Assembly (NCBI RefSeq): GCF_009834535.1
Contig: NC_045696.1
Coordinates: 100,628,001-100,692,000, forward strand
Origin: Camelus ferus
Lineage: Eukaryota
Direction: 5' to 3'
DNA: 64,000 nt
The notes under the pieces are model-generated. The model did no database searches and was not told the DNA's origin. It saw only the letters and a list, made by a program, of their open reading frames with translations. Positions 25,351 through 37,539 of the stretch are shown here, in pieces. The position numbers and the translations under genes were made by a program. The stretch's first letter is position 1. Every line of letters begins with the position of its first letter.

Positions 25351-25929
25351 TGTTGCCGGGAGAAGGGGAATAAAAGTTTCCTTGCTTCTTAGTCACCCCC
25401 CCAAAAAAAAATTTCTAACGGGAGACAGAGAGTGTGATATTAACAGAAAATTTTATTAGTAAAGTAAAAAGGTAGAAACATACAGTACACTCCCGAGAAC
25501 TGGGAGCGGGCCGATCCAAGAGAGGAAAACTGGCGCCTCTCCTTTGTTTTCCCTGTTTGTATATCCCGGCTTAGGGGCTTTTTCGTGATTGATAGATTGG
25601 TGGCTCAGGTTCTTTGGGGGCTCAGGCTGACTGACAGCTCAGGTTCCTAGCGCTCAGGCACACCTATGCAGCACAGAGAGAAACCTACTGGAGGGGGCTC
25701 AACCTGTAATGTTAATTACATTATAATGAGCACTGGGGCACGTTGAGCCTGGTCCTTCTCTCTACGGTGCAGCTGCAGCGATGGAGTCTACCCGGCTTCT
25801 TTGCTGGCCCTCATTTATAGAAAGTAAAAGTTATTGGAGTCCCTTGCAGGCGTGCTGTTATTTTCTGGGTTGCTCCTTCCCCTCTCCTCTCCCCTTGCCC
25901 GGTGCTCATTTCTATGTAACTGCTTAACT
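25351..25929 (-). mobile_element. Relatively young ERV1-class solo LTR
   Basis: Sharp GC/CpG-rich block; AATAAA on the minus strand (~25452-25457); 4-bp TSD ttta (25347-25350 / 25930-25933). Confidence 0.85.
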
Positions 25930-26324
25930 TTTAAACACCCACCTGCCTGGTGATTGATGAGGATATTTGTGTATTTATCTGAAAGTTTTGGGAGGATAAT
26001 TTATGATGATTGGAATACTGAGGTATTTTAATCAATACTAAAAAAGACTGAATTTATCCATTCGTTGAGGAGTTAAGTCACAATATGGAGATGATAGATA
26101 GACAGACAGACATACAAATAAATGCAGAGAGAGATGACATTTGGAGGGACTGCTCTGAGGACTCAGGAGACAGATGGGTTCATGAAAGGAAACTGCCCAT
26201 ATGGTGCCTTTTCCAGAGCCTTCAGTAAAGTTTTAAATGACTTTATAGCATTAATTACTTTTAACACTGCTTTGAATATGACACCACTTTGTGATGAGCC
26301 ATAAGGAGGCACAGATTTTACTAG

Positions 26325-27835
26325 GGTAATATTGAGTGCTTATTAGATGCCAAGCACAATTCTAAATGTTAGGAATACAAAGATGAGGAAAAAAAAAACA
26401 AAACATAAAAGCAAAAACAACCAAAAGTGTGTAACCCCTGTCTTCATGAAGATTTCAGTTTACTAGGGGAGAGATATGTATAATAAACCAACAATCATGT
26501 AAGTAACAATAAAGTCACACTTTTTATAAAGTTATGGAGGAAAAATAATACATTTAGAGTAAATATGAACGGAAGGGGAGTATTTTAGGTTGAGGAGGCA
26601 AATACGATGTTGAGGAAATGATATGTAAACACAAAACTGAAAGAGTACGAGGAGTTAAAGATCCTGGCAAGAGCATCCCAGGCAGAGAAATGCCTGTGAG
26701 TAAGTCTCTGCGAAAGAAGACTGAAGGGAAGGCAGGTGTGGACAGAGTGTAAAGAGAAAAGGGGAATGTGTTGAGAAATGAGGCTGCCTTGGTGGGTGGA
26801 GGTCAAATGCGGCAAAGCCTGGAATTTAATACCCACAGCCTTTCCTCTGCTTCCACCTACCATTTGCCAAGCTCTGCTCTAGGTGCTGGAAATATAACAA
26901 TGAACATAATGAAGTCCTTGCCCTCATGGGGCTTCTGTTTCAATGGAAAAGAAATAGCCAATAAAATGACTACATATAGATATAGATATAGATATAGATA
27001 TAGATAAAATGAGTGTTATGAAGAAAAGTATGGCAAAGTAGAGCTAGGGAATGGACTAGACCTGAGCAGGGGTAGCCAAATTATAGCCAGTGGGTCAAAT
27101 GTGGCCCATGGCCTGACTTTGTACAGCCTGCAACCTGAGAATGGTTTTTATATTTAACAGTTTTATATTTTAAAAATAAACAAAAATATGCAACATAAAC
27201 TGTATGTGGCCCACGATACCTAAAATATTTACTACCTCGCCCTTTACTGAAAATGCTCACCAACCCGACACCTGCATTAGAGAAAGGAAGGGGACACTCT
27301 TTTTGCTGCATGGGAAGGGAAGTCCTCCTTGATGTTTGAGCAAAGACCCCTTTGAGGAGAGAGAGTATCCTTTCTCCTAACTGGGATGACCTGCTTTAGA
27401 AACAGAGAAACTAGCAAGTGCAAAGACCTGAGATGGAAACGGGGTTGTGTGTGCCAGAAAAGCTAATAAACCAACGCTTATTGGAGCAGTGAGTGATGGA
27501 TGATTTCGGAGATGAAGCCAGGAGTAATATTATGTTGGGCTTTATCAGGATTTTGGATATTATTCCAAGTGTGATGGGAAGCCTTTGGACGGTTGACAAC
27601 AGGGAAGTAATATGATCTAATTAAATTTTTAGATGAATGGCTGTGTGGAAAGAGGCTCCAGGGGCCAGAGTGGAAGCAAGGAGACTATTATGATTGTAGA
27701 GAGACAGGTGATGGTGGCTGGTTCTAAGGTGGTCATAGTGGAAGAAGTTGGGATGTGAAAAGTGGTTGGATTCATGGTATTTATTTTAATTAGGCTTGAT
27801 AGAATTTCATTATGAACTAAATTTGGGACATAAGA
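26325..27835 (-). mobile_element. L2 LINE fragments (two or more pieces), interrupted by MER58 and (ATATAG)n at ~26975-27006
   Basis: 'tattgagtgcttattagatgccaagcac', 'ccaggcagagaaa', 'gtgcaaagacctgagatgg', 'gtgatgggaagcctttgga'. Confidence 0.8.
27067..27268. mobile_element. MER58A hAT-Charlie MITE
   Basis: 'caggggtagccaaattatagccagtgggtcaaat...tgtggcccacgatacctaaaatatttactacctcgccctttac'. Confidence 0.88.
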
Positions 27836-28689
27836 GAAAGTGTAGTAAATATCAAATGAGTTTTGTTGTGAAAAATATGGATGTAGCTGTAAGGAGATGT
27901 GTGATCATGGGTATTTTATTTTATTTTATAGGAAAGCTATTAAGCATGTTTGAAAGCTGGTGAGAATGATTCTGTGCAGAGGAGAAAAAAATTAATTTGA
28001 AGGAGAAGGGGTAAATGATTAAGAGCTGAATTCTTCAGAAGGCAGGAGAAGATAGAACCTATTAAAACTGGTGAAGTTTATCTTAAATAATGGTACTGGG
28101 AGTTCATGTGTTTTAACTGAAGAGAAGGCAGAAAGCATATGTGCATGTGCTTATTGGATAGTGGGAGGGTGGAGAAAGTAACATATTGAATATTTCCATT
28201 TCTGTGAATTTCTAAGCAAGGCCATTAGCTGGATGAGGGGGTACACGAAGTGTCAGCAGTAAAAAGCAAGAGGAAGAAAATGTGAAATGCATGGTTTGGA
28301 AAGAGGGAGAAAGAATTTGCTAGCAGTGTAGAACAGGATTACTGCAAGGATATCAGGGGTATTTTTCTGAGTTCACGTAGCAAAACACTTGTTTCCCCGC
28401 TAAGTTTAAATTTGTGTTCCTAATAGTCTAAAACTACCTTTCTGCTTATGCAGTCACTAGCTCCACGTAGCAATGGAGCTCTTGAGCTGTGCCTAGCATG
28501 TGCTCTTTGTGTGCAAGGGCCCACAATGTGTTATGGGCATGGGGGGCTTCAGGTATATTGCATGTGTGTTGAATTGTGTTCTCAATTGTATATACATGAC
28601 TATTTTGCACCAGAGTGAAACTTTAGAGACAAAACTGTGAGGGAGCACATGTATACACCTTGGTATATGGAAAGGGAGATAAACTGACA

Positions 28690-28905
28690 TTAAGACATAT
28701 TTTAGGGTCTACAGTGCGTCAGGTGCTTCATGAGTGGCATGTTTCATTCAACCTTCAAAAAACTCCTCAGACAGGCATTATTATTCCTTCTTTAAAAACA
28801 CAAGAAAACAGCAGTTAAGACGCCTAGAACCAGTAAAGTGGCAGATCCAAGATTCAAAACCAGTCTGTCACGTACAGACTGTGTGCCTCACAACTGTTTC
28901 ATACT
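28690..28905 (-). mobile_element. MIR SINE remnant
   Basis: 'cattcaaccttcaaaaaactcctcagacaggcattattattcc...agtaaagtggcagatccaagattcaaaacc'. Confidence 0.7.
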
Positions 28906-30149
28906 GCAACATTATTATTTTTCCACAAGGACGAGAATTAAGTGTTTCTTGAAGCAGAGTCTCCCCCAAATCCCAGAATCTCCCATCCATCAGGAGCATT
29001 GGTACATGGGGGCCCCAAATTCTTGCCTGCATTACTGAATCCAACTTTTTCCTATGACCTCTGTTAAAAAGTTAAGAAAATGCAAGACCTAATTTCAGAG
29101 TTGAAACACGTGCAAAACAAAAGAAGAGCATTGAGGGCAGTGGGGTAAGTCTTGTTAGAATCACTCTGAGTCCTGGGCGTGGGCTTCCTTGGATGACTGG
29201 GTCATGACCTAGGCCAAGCTCCCACACCGAGTTGAAAATAGCCATTCTTTGAAGTGTGTTTTCAGGAATGTTTTCTTCCTGTACAAGCTTATAGGTATGA
29301 AAATCCGTTGCATGACTTGCAACCTGCCCTTTGAAAGCTCCTCAAGGACTCTGGGGATTTTGCAGCCATCTGGAATTTGCTGTCATGCTGTGATTTCTGC
29401 AGGTTTGTTTAACTTTTAATCTCTCCAGTCACATCTTTTATTATTCACTCTATGCATAATTTTTGCATTATATAGTCGTTTAAAAAAAAAAGGCAGTGGG
29501 TTGAAATTGCTCAATTTAATCATAAATGTGACTCAAAGAACTCAGAATCTTAAAAGTTATTTCCCTCCTTCTTCACATTTTTTTTTAAAGTGTTTTGGCT
29601 GCAACAGATTTGTTGCTCAGAAATAAAATCCCATCCTCCTGAGAAAGAAAGCATATAGAGCAGGTTTGAATCAGGGCTAGGTACTTTCAGAATTCATTAT
29701 GAGCAACTAAGATAACTTTAATTTCCCTATTTATTTACTATCTGTATTTTCCTAGATGTTAAAGCTTGGATTTTAGCTGTTTCTCCTGTTTGTAAGCCAT
29801 AGAATGTGAAGATCAGGAAAAATTGCTGATTGCATCATTATGAACAGGACATGTGCCTAAAAATGAGTTTGCAAAAGATTAATTCACAACCACAAAATCT
29901 GTTTGGCTAAAACTCATCTTTTTTTGAGTGTTGTGGCATTTTTTTTCATTTCTTATTTCATCATAATTTTCATTTTAATGATTTAATTTTAAGGGTAATT
30001 TCCAGACTTTTCACAGAGGACAGTCAGTGGTCCCTTGATGCCTCCATCACCATTTGGGAGGGGGTGCTGCATGAAGTACAGCAATTGTTTTGTTGTTGTT
30101 GTATTTTGCTTTTGTGATTATATTTTGTATGTTGTTGTATCCTATTATA

Positions 30150-31445
30150 TAAACACATTATAAAATATATACCCCTCTGTTTTGTATGGACATTTGTGCT
30201 ATTTCTCATTTATACTATTTTGAAAAGTGGTGCCATGACCTATCGTATATATCCTGGTTCGTATGTGAAAAGTTTCTCTCAGATGTGCTCCTTCCAGGGG
30301 AGTTAGGACATGCATATCTTCGACTTATCAAGTAATGCTCATTTTTTTCAAATGTGTGTACCACTTACATGCTGGGCATGTGTGTCGGACTTATACCCTC
30401 CCACTATCAGTGTCAGAATTTCTCATGTGTGCCTTCATCATTGATACTTGAAATAGTAAATCTTAAAAAATTTTAGCCAGTGTGCCCCTAGAAGTGTTCC
30501 ATCATCATTTTAGTTTGCATTTTTGTAATTACTAAGTGAGATTGAGCATCATTTCATATGCTTTTTGGCTATTTAGATAATCCTGTTTGTGAACTAATTT
30601 TTTTTTTTTTGAGATTTTGCCAGTGTTTTTTAGGTTATTCTTTTTTTTTTTTTTTTTTTTGATCAAGTGGAATCAAAAGCCAAATGCAAAAAGAAACACT
30701 ATTAAATTTTTAGAAGAAAATGTAAAAGTGTGTCTTCCTGACTGAAGGGAAGGACCTGCTAAACAATACACAAAATATTTGATGTAGAAGAAAAGAATGA
30801 GCCATTGAACTTAAAATTAGCCATTTTACCAAAAGCCATTTTGAGTGGGATATGATATTTGTAACTCATGTAACTGAAATAAACGGTAAATTCTCATGTT
30901 TAGTACTTTAATGGACTAACTTCAACCAGTTGAAAAATGTCAAAGTCCAAGAGATGTTAGATTTTCTGGGATGAAAGAAGAAAGAGGGGAAGAAGGATCA
31001 GGGCTGTGAATCTCCCCGAGGATCCTCATGGAAACGAGACCAAGGGAATAAAATTATTTTCTAAGTTTCCCCGGGGTTCTGCTCTTTTCTTTTTCTTTCT
31101 GTTAGCCAGATGGATTTAGCCTGTACTTCCTTAGTTATCCTTAAAAGTCACTGCCTTTTTGAAGGGATGAGATTAGGAATCTGTTAGGAAAGAACTGCTT
31201 TCACTTTCATAAAGCTAGTCCATAAAAGTTTCTTTTGTCCTTTTTCTTTTTCTTTAGTTTGTGTGCATTTTGAGTCATAGCTAGAAAGATTTCTCCACCA
31301 TTTATGTTTTACGATGCTTATATGATTTGTATTTTATATCTAGAATTGACATATTTATCCTGGGATGTAGTAAAAAATGAATTTAACTTTATCTTGGTTC
31401 CCATACAAAATCCAGATGTCCTAATACCACTTGTTACATTGTTTT
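30150..31445. mobile_element. Old L1ME-like ORF2-end fragments in mixed orientation
   Basis: Antisense 30150-30650 ('ttttagtttgcatttt...gagattgagcatcatttcatatgc'), sense 30670-30900 ('ctattaaatttttagaagaaaatgt'), antisense 31230-31445. Confidence 0.65.
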
Positions 31446-31588
31446 CATTACAGACATTTTATAATATGTCTAATAGAGCCATTTAACACCCGATGTCCTT
31501 TAAAAGCCAAACTTCCTGGTTGCCATTGTCTCAGGCCTATAGATTCAGCCTTGCTCATTTTTGTTCCATTGTTATTCCATAGAGATGG

Positions 31589-32371
31589 TGTTGTAGGGGC
31601 TATGGACTGAATGTTTGTGTCCCCCCACCCCCAAATTTAAATGTCAAAGCTCTAATGCCTAAAGTGATGATATTTGAAGGTAGGGCCTTTGTAAGCAGAG
31701 ACATAGATGATGTCTCTCTGCCACGTGAGGATATAGCAAGAAGGCAGCTCTCTGTAAACCGAGAAGAGAGCCCACATCAAGAACCTGGCCATGCTGACAC
31801 CCTGATCTCAGACTTTCAGCTGCCAGAACACTAAGTTAACATATGCTGTTTTAAGCCACGGAGTCAATGTGTTTTGAACTGAACTAAGCCCACCAAAGGT
31901 GTCCATTACCTAATCCCTGGAACTTGTCAATATGTTATAATCTACGGCAAAGGGAAATTACAGTTGCAGACATCATTAAGGTTGCCAAGCATCTGAACTT
32001 ATAATGGAGTAATTATCTTAAATCTTCTAAGTGGACCTGATGCAATTACAAGGGCCCTTGAAAGTGGAAAGAGAAGCAGAAGAGAAGGTCAGGAATGCAA
32101 CGTGCAAAGAACTCAACTCACTATTGATGGATTTGAAGCTGGAAGGAGTCATGAGCAAAGAAATTTAGATAGCCCCTAGAAGTTGGAAAAGGAAAAGAAA
32201 TGGATCTTCCCGGAGAACATCCAGAAAAAAACACAAGATTTCTGACATCTTGATTTTATGCCAGTGAGATTTATGTTGGACTTAATATACAAAAAGTAGG
32301 AAAATAAATGTATTTTTTGGTAAGCAATTAAGTTTGGTAATTTGTTACAACAATGAGAGAAAACAAATACA
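31589..32371 (+). mobile_element. MLT1D-like MaLR LTR with a nested MLT1A-like LTR (31598-31889)
   Basis: MLT1A start 'gctatggactgaatgtttgtgtcccc'; MLT1D resumes at 'ccaaaggtgtccattacctaatccctggaacttgtcaatatgtta' and ends at 'gaaaacaaataca'. Confidence 0.85.
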
Positions 32372-32749
32372 GGTAGTCATATTATTTTTGAGTTGGTTGG
32401 CCTTTTTGTCTTCTCCTTTCATAGTACACATGTCTTTGCCATATTTTGGAGAAAGGGAGTTCTTGAAATGAGAAGTTACTCGATCATCTTAACTTGCGTG
32501 GTAATTGCTCTTCCACTAAATCTTCTGCAGTTGTGAGCTATGTAACTAGGGTGTTATTTTCCTTGGAGATACTCCTTTCAAGAAGGCATGCACCTGCATT
32601 TTAACATGTGACTTGATGGTTACGTTGGGCTTATTGCTTCTGCGTATCTAGGGTTGGGTGGCAGGACTTCCTTCTTTCATTAACTTTGCTTTCACTTTCA
32701 GGCTCAGACATTTCTCTTTTTTTTCTTTTCTGTTTCTTTTTCCCCTTCA

Positions 32750-32837
32750 TTTTTTTTTTTAATGGAAGTACTGAGGCTTGAATCCAGGACTTTGTGTATG
32801 CTAATATGCACTCTATCATTAAGCTATTTCACTCTCC
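32750..32837 (-). mobile_element. Vic-1-type SINE (more diverged copy)
   Basis: Reverse complement 'atagcttaatgatagagtgcatattagcatacacaaagtcctggattcaagcctcagtacttccatt' followed by polyA is homologous to the 19706 SINE. Confidence 0.85.
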
Positions 32838-34299
32838 ACAGATTCTTATTTTCTGACATCTTCTCTAGGTTTTTTTTTTTTTTTTTTTTTGAGTTCACTC
32901 TGAGTCAGACATATGAGTTCAGTCACTTTTAAGTAAGCAAAACATACCTACTATCCAAAATGAATCTTGTCTGCGTTTACTTCCCAGAGTTGTACCGCAG
33001 CACGCAGGACGTGTTTTCTAACTAGACTAACGACCAACCCAAGAAACCATCCAATCTTTCATGGTCCTGCCAAATTTCATTTCAGTATATTTTATATTCC
33101 ATATTCAGTAAATATTACTTCCCTTAAAGTTCTGTTTTTAAAATGTACATTGTATGTTCCCTTGGGGCACAGGAAATATCTGCATCTTTAGCCACAGTAA
33201 TTGTGTTCTGTGAAACTCTCTTAATGATGTTTGATTACTTTTTTTTTGATATCCCTATTTTTTGCCACTTTAATCTGTCCATCTTTCATTAAACCACTTT
33301 GCAAAGCTGTCTGAGTCTTCAAGGGCTTGTTCACCACTTGCTCTCATTACAGACTAAGCATTAAAAATGTGACTCCAAACACCTTACTGGAGCTGGGATC
33401 CCTCTGGACGAATTAATCCACCCTCTCTCCATTTTTCTTTAGGTAATAATTACTCTCCTGGCTGTAGTAAAACCTAAAACATCTTTTGAAATTTTCTCTT
33501 TAAAAGCACCTAGACTCAGGCTCATTTCTTTTTGTCTTTCTACTCAGTTTTCTAAGATCTCAAACATTCTCCTAAGCAGTTCTCTCTTCTAGTTTAACGA
33601 GCTTGTTGTCCTTTGTAATCCTTTTATATTGCTTCACACTTCTCCTGTTTTGAAGGTTAAGACTAAAGAAATATGCCTTTAAAGCAAATCCAATGATTTT
33701 TTTTTTATTTCTTATGAAAATCTGCTTTATGGAAAGAGTCAACCAGGCACATATGTTTCAAATTCTTTTATAGCCTTTGGTGGGCAATGACTTCAAGAAG
33801 TTTTTTTTTTTTTTCCTTTACTATATTCAAGAAGGTGGCATGTTCCCTTCATAATTAGGACCCCTGTTCTTTTCTCATGTTTTCTTTTTTAAACTCTACG
33901 ATCGTAAGTAGTATTCACAATCTAGATGTCTGAAATCTAAACCCAAGGGTATCGCTTATCTGGTTAATGCATTCAGAGCCAACTGAGATTCATGTAGTAA
34001 AGGGCAAATATTTCATCACGGACCAGCTACATGAATCACACAGTTTAGTTTTCTCACTCAGCCATGAATGGAATAAAAACAACAGACAGAAAAGTGTAAA
34101 TTTAGGGAGTGAACCAAATGCTTCTTGCTCATCATAGTGCCTTTTATTTAGAGGCATGGGCATTATTACTTCATAGTACTTTCTACTTCCAGGCATAAAT
34201 CCAGGCAGAATTTAGGTTGCATACAGTCCTGGCCTCCTACCTGGCTGAAAAATGCAATAAAAACAACAAAACATTGTTCTCCTCACCAATGTCTAAAAA

Positions 34300-34810
34300 G
34301 CCTGAGGCCAAAGAAAATAGAAATTAACTAGAGGCTGGGAAAGCTGTACACAGGAGTGTGTTTAGCATCAGAGAAACGGCACGTGCCAAGTTGCTGAGTG
34401 TGAAGATGTAATTTGTCCAGGGAAGCAGCACGACCGCACCGTGGGTCACACGTAAGGAGGCAAGTGAGAGCAAGGACAGAAGACAGCGGAGAAAGTCTCC
34501 CAAGGGTTTTATAAACCATGTTACAGAATGTGTTCTTTACTCTGGTATTAATGGGATGGCCACTGAAATATGTTAAACAAGGAAGGAATGTAAATGCTCA
34601 TTTTGGAAAGATCACTCATGCTGCACCAGGAGAAATGGGCTGAACACATGCAATCCACGAGTCAGGAAGTTTCCTAAGGAAATGTCAGAGTCATCCAGGC
34701 AAGAGATGACGGTGGTTAGTTCTTAAAAACACGTAGTAAAGATGGAAAATAAGTGAATGAATTTGGGAGATAATAGGCAAATAGAATGCACAGGATCTGA
34801 GAAAGTGCTG
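34300..34810 (-). mobile_element. L2 LINE fragment
   Basis: 'cattttggaaagatcactcatgctgc', 'catccaggcaagagatgacggtgg'. Confidence 0.75.
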
Positions 34811-35153
34811 GTCTATCACAGCACTAAATCACACTGTAATACACTTGGTTCCTATCTTATGTCCCTCATTAGAGTGAACGCTCTGTGATAGTAAAGGAGC
34901 AGGTATCAAAGGATAATTTTGTCTGAATGGCATTTAAAAACAGGTTTAATAGAAGTAAAGTCAATGAGAGAGGTAGAAGGAAGAACTTATGGTCTGAGTG
35001 TACAGTATTTCTGATTTCAGAGATGGGATCATTTTTGGTGATAAATTCTAGATTATGATCCTGTATATGGTTTATTGATATAGACAATAGTTGACAATTA
35101 TTGGAGTTAAGAAGCTAAACAATTTTGAAATTGTTTTGCTGGTCATACTGAAA

Positions 35154-35227
35154 TATATACACACACACATATGTATACACACATACGTATATATTTATGT
35201 ATACATATATGTGTGTGTATATATATG
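35154..35227. repeat. Compound (TA/CA/TG) microsatellite forming an inverted repeat
   Basis: 26-bp arms 35154-35179 and 35198-35223 are reverse complements with one mismatch. Confidence 0.85.
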
Positions 35228-36858
35228 TCTTTTATCATAATGGCAAGAATTAATGTGAGGTGGAAAACTTTAAGCTTATGACACAATTCCTCAGTGAGCG
35301 AACAGTTAGACTGAGAGGTGGTAAGTGTGTAGCAATGAAGAGTACTGTGGTATGCACAGAACTAGAAAAAAAGACCCACAATATTGGAAATGGAGATCAT
35401 CAAAGAAGTGGAAAATTTAATAGAAAGTGGAAAAGTAATGGTATAAAACTGACAATAAACACTGAAGCATCAGACCATGATAGGCGGTCTTAAGAGATTA
35501 ACCAGTCAGTAGATTAGAGAATTTCTGGAGAAAGGTTTTCCTCCATGTAGAACTAGATATCGACAGAAATGTAACTTTTTTTTCCCAAATAAAACTCTAA
35601 AGGCTGAAGATGTTGCTGCAGATGAATGAAGGACCACGGATAAAAGAACAGGATTACTCGGATTAGCAAAACGGTTGTAGACAGTAACAGTGGGAGGCGT
35701 GACAGTGTAAAGAAAAGGAGATGGAATGCTGGACCACAGAGAAACGGTATTAGAAACAGTTCGTATCTCCAGGGGATACTTCTTGTTGGATTTGCCTAAA
35801 AATATTTCAAGTAAAAACTCTGAATTGAAGCACTTCCAAGAGCAACAAAATGCATGGAGATTTATCTTAGAGAATGTGTACATGAAACAATAGACTAAAA
35901 GTTTCCAAGTTTGTCCTGTCCCCACACAAACATAAACCGCCAAAGACACAGACAAGCAAACGTACAAGCACAGGCAGAACCAAATGATACACAAGTACCT
36001 CAGAATGAGGAAGGCTGTTTTCTCCTTATTCAAGTCCTTTAAATAATTACTTTAAAAACATTTAACAAAATAAGAGGTAAAGTGTTTACTTCTAGTTTTA
36101 TCATGAAGCATTTAGTTCTCATGGAGTTATTTTCAGCATTGCATGTAGTTTACCTATGCTAATTGAGAAAATGGCCCTTCTATCAACAGTCCAAGGATGT
36201 ACTTACTTATTTTTATTTTTGTACAATTTCTGACGACAGCTGATGTCAGGCTTGCTTTAGTTTAAACAGGATCCAAGGTAGAGTCTATTTCCACAAGCAA
36301 ATGAACTGGTTTCATTGGTATGTGTCAAAGCATGTTTCTTCTAAATGATTTTTAAAAATTGTTTTGTTAACTTGTTTGTGGAAATTGTGTGCTGAATGAA
36401 GTATCAATGACTTAGAACTGTTGACATGGTTCATTAGCATATCATCTGGGAAAGCTGAATTTTCTTAAAGAATGGGCTTTTTGTTCAACTATCCTCAGAG
36501 CTCCATACGTGAGTGTGTGTGTGTGTTTGAAAATGTATGTAGCATGTGTGAGAAAGTGTATTTTCGTGTAAACACATTCATTTTAATCTTGTCAATATCT
36601 TGCGGCAATGGTATTACCTTTCTTCTCATTTATGGTTTTTTGATACAATATTTTTGGTTGATTACAGTGGTTCTGAAGGGCAGGGGAGATATAAATAGCA
36701 GGGATTGTGGAATGTGGAAGATAGGAGGTAGATGATGTAACTAAGCAGGGAATGAGTGGAATTGTTTAACACTATATTCATGATGGGGCTCCACAGATTA
36801 ATGCCAGAATTATTTTTTGATACAATCTTGGGTTTTATTCATAATAAGTAAAATTGAG

Positions 36859-37135
36859 TGCAGCGGTCTGAATGTTAGTGCCTACCTCCCCACCAAAGTC
36901 GTGTGTTGAAAGCCGAATCCTCAAGGTGGTGGTTTTAGGAGGTGAAGCCCTTGGGAGGTGAACAGGCAGCCCTCACGACTGGGGTCAGTGCCCTTATGAA
37001 AGAGCTCCACAGGGCTCCCCGGACGTGCCACATGAGGGCCCAGCGAGAAAACACCTGTCAGCCTAGAAGCAGGCTCTCACCAGACACCTAATCTGGAGCC
37101 TGGATCTTGGACTTCCCAGCCTCCAGAACTGTGAG
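36859..37135 (+). mobile_element. MLT1A-like MaLR LTR, 3' truncated
   Basis: 'tgcagcggtctgaatgtt...gatcttggacttcccagcctccagaactgtgag'. Confidence 0.88.
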
Positions 37136-37525
37136 GGGATTGGTTTGCCGGTCAAGGAGACCAAGAAATACCATAAGCTGCCGTCTGCAAACTGGAGACC
37201 CAGGGGAGCCTGGGAAGCAGGCAGCGTGATTGCAGGTGTGGGAACCAGGGGAACTGAAGATGTAAGACAGTCCAACGGCAAGAGAAGACCGAAGTCCCAG
37301 CTCAGGCAAGCAGGCTGGTAGGAAAGAGATGGATTCTTTTGCATTCTAATCAGGCCCTTAACAGATTGGATGGTGCCCACCCATATTGTGGAAAGCTATC
37401 TACTGAGTCCACTGATGTAAGCACTGATCTCACCCAGAAACACTCCCACAGACACCTTCAGAAATAATGTTTAATCTGGGCACCCCATGGCCCAGTCGAA
37501 GTGACACACAAAATTAATCATCACA
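37136..37525 (-). mobile_element. MLT2B-like ERVL LTR, truncated
   Basis: 'ctgccgtctgcaaactggagacccagg', 'gattggatggtgcccacccatatt', end 'gtgacacacaaaattaatcatcaca'. Confidence 0.88.
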
Positions 37526-37539
37526 GACAGCTTCCACAT

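Noticed and set aside
35506..36033. Longest ORF in the track (175 aa, minus strand)
   Set aside because: Non-ATG start, low-complexity hydrophobic N-terminus from CA/GA-rich sequence, no recognisable domain and no coherent splice structure.
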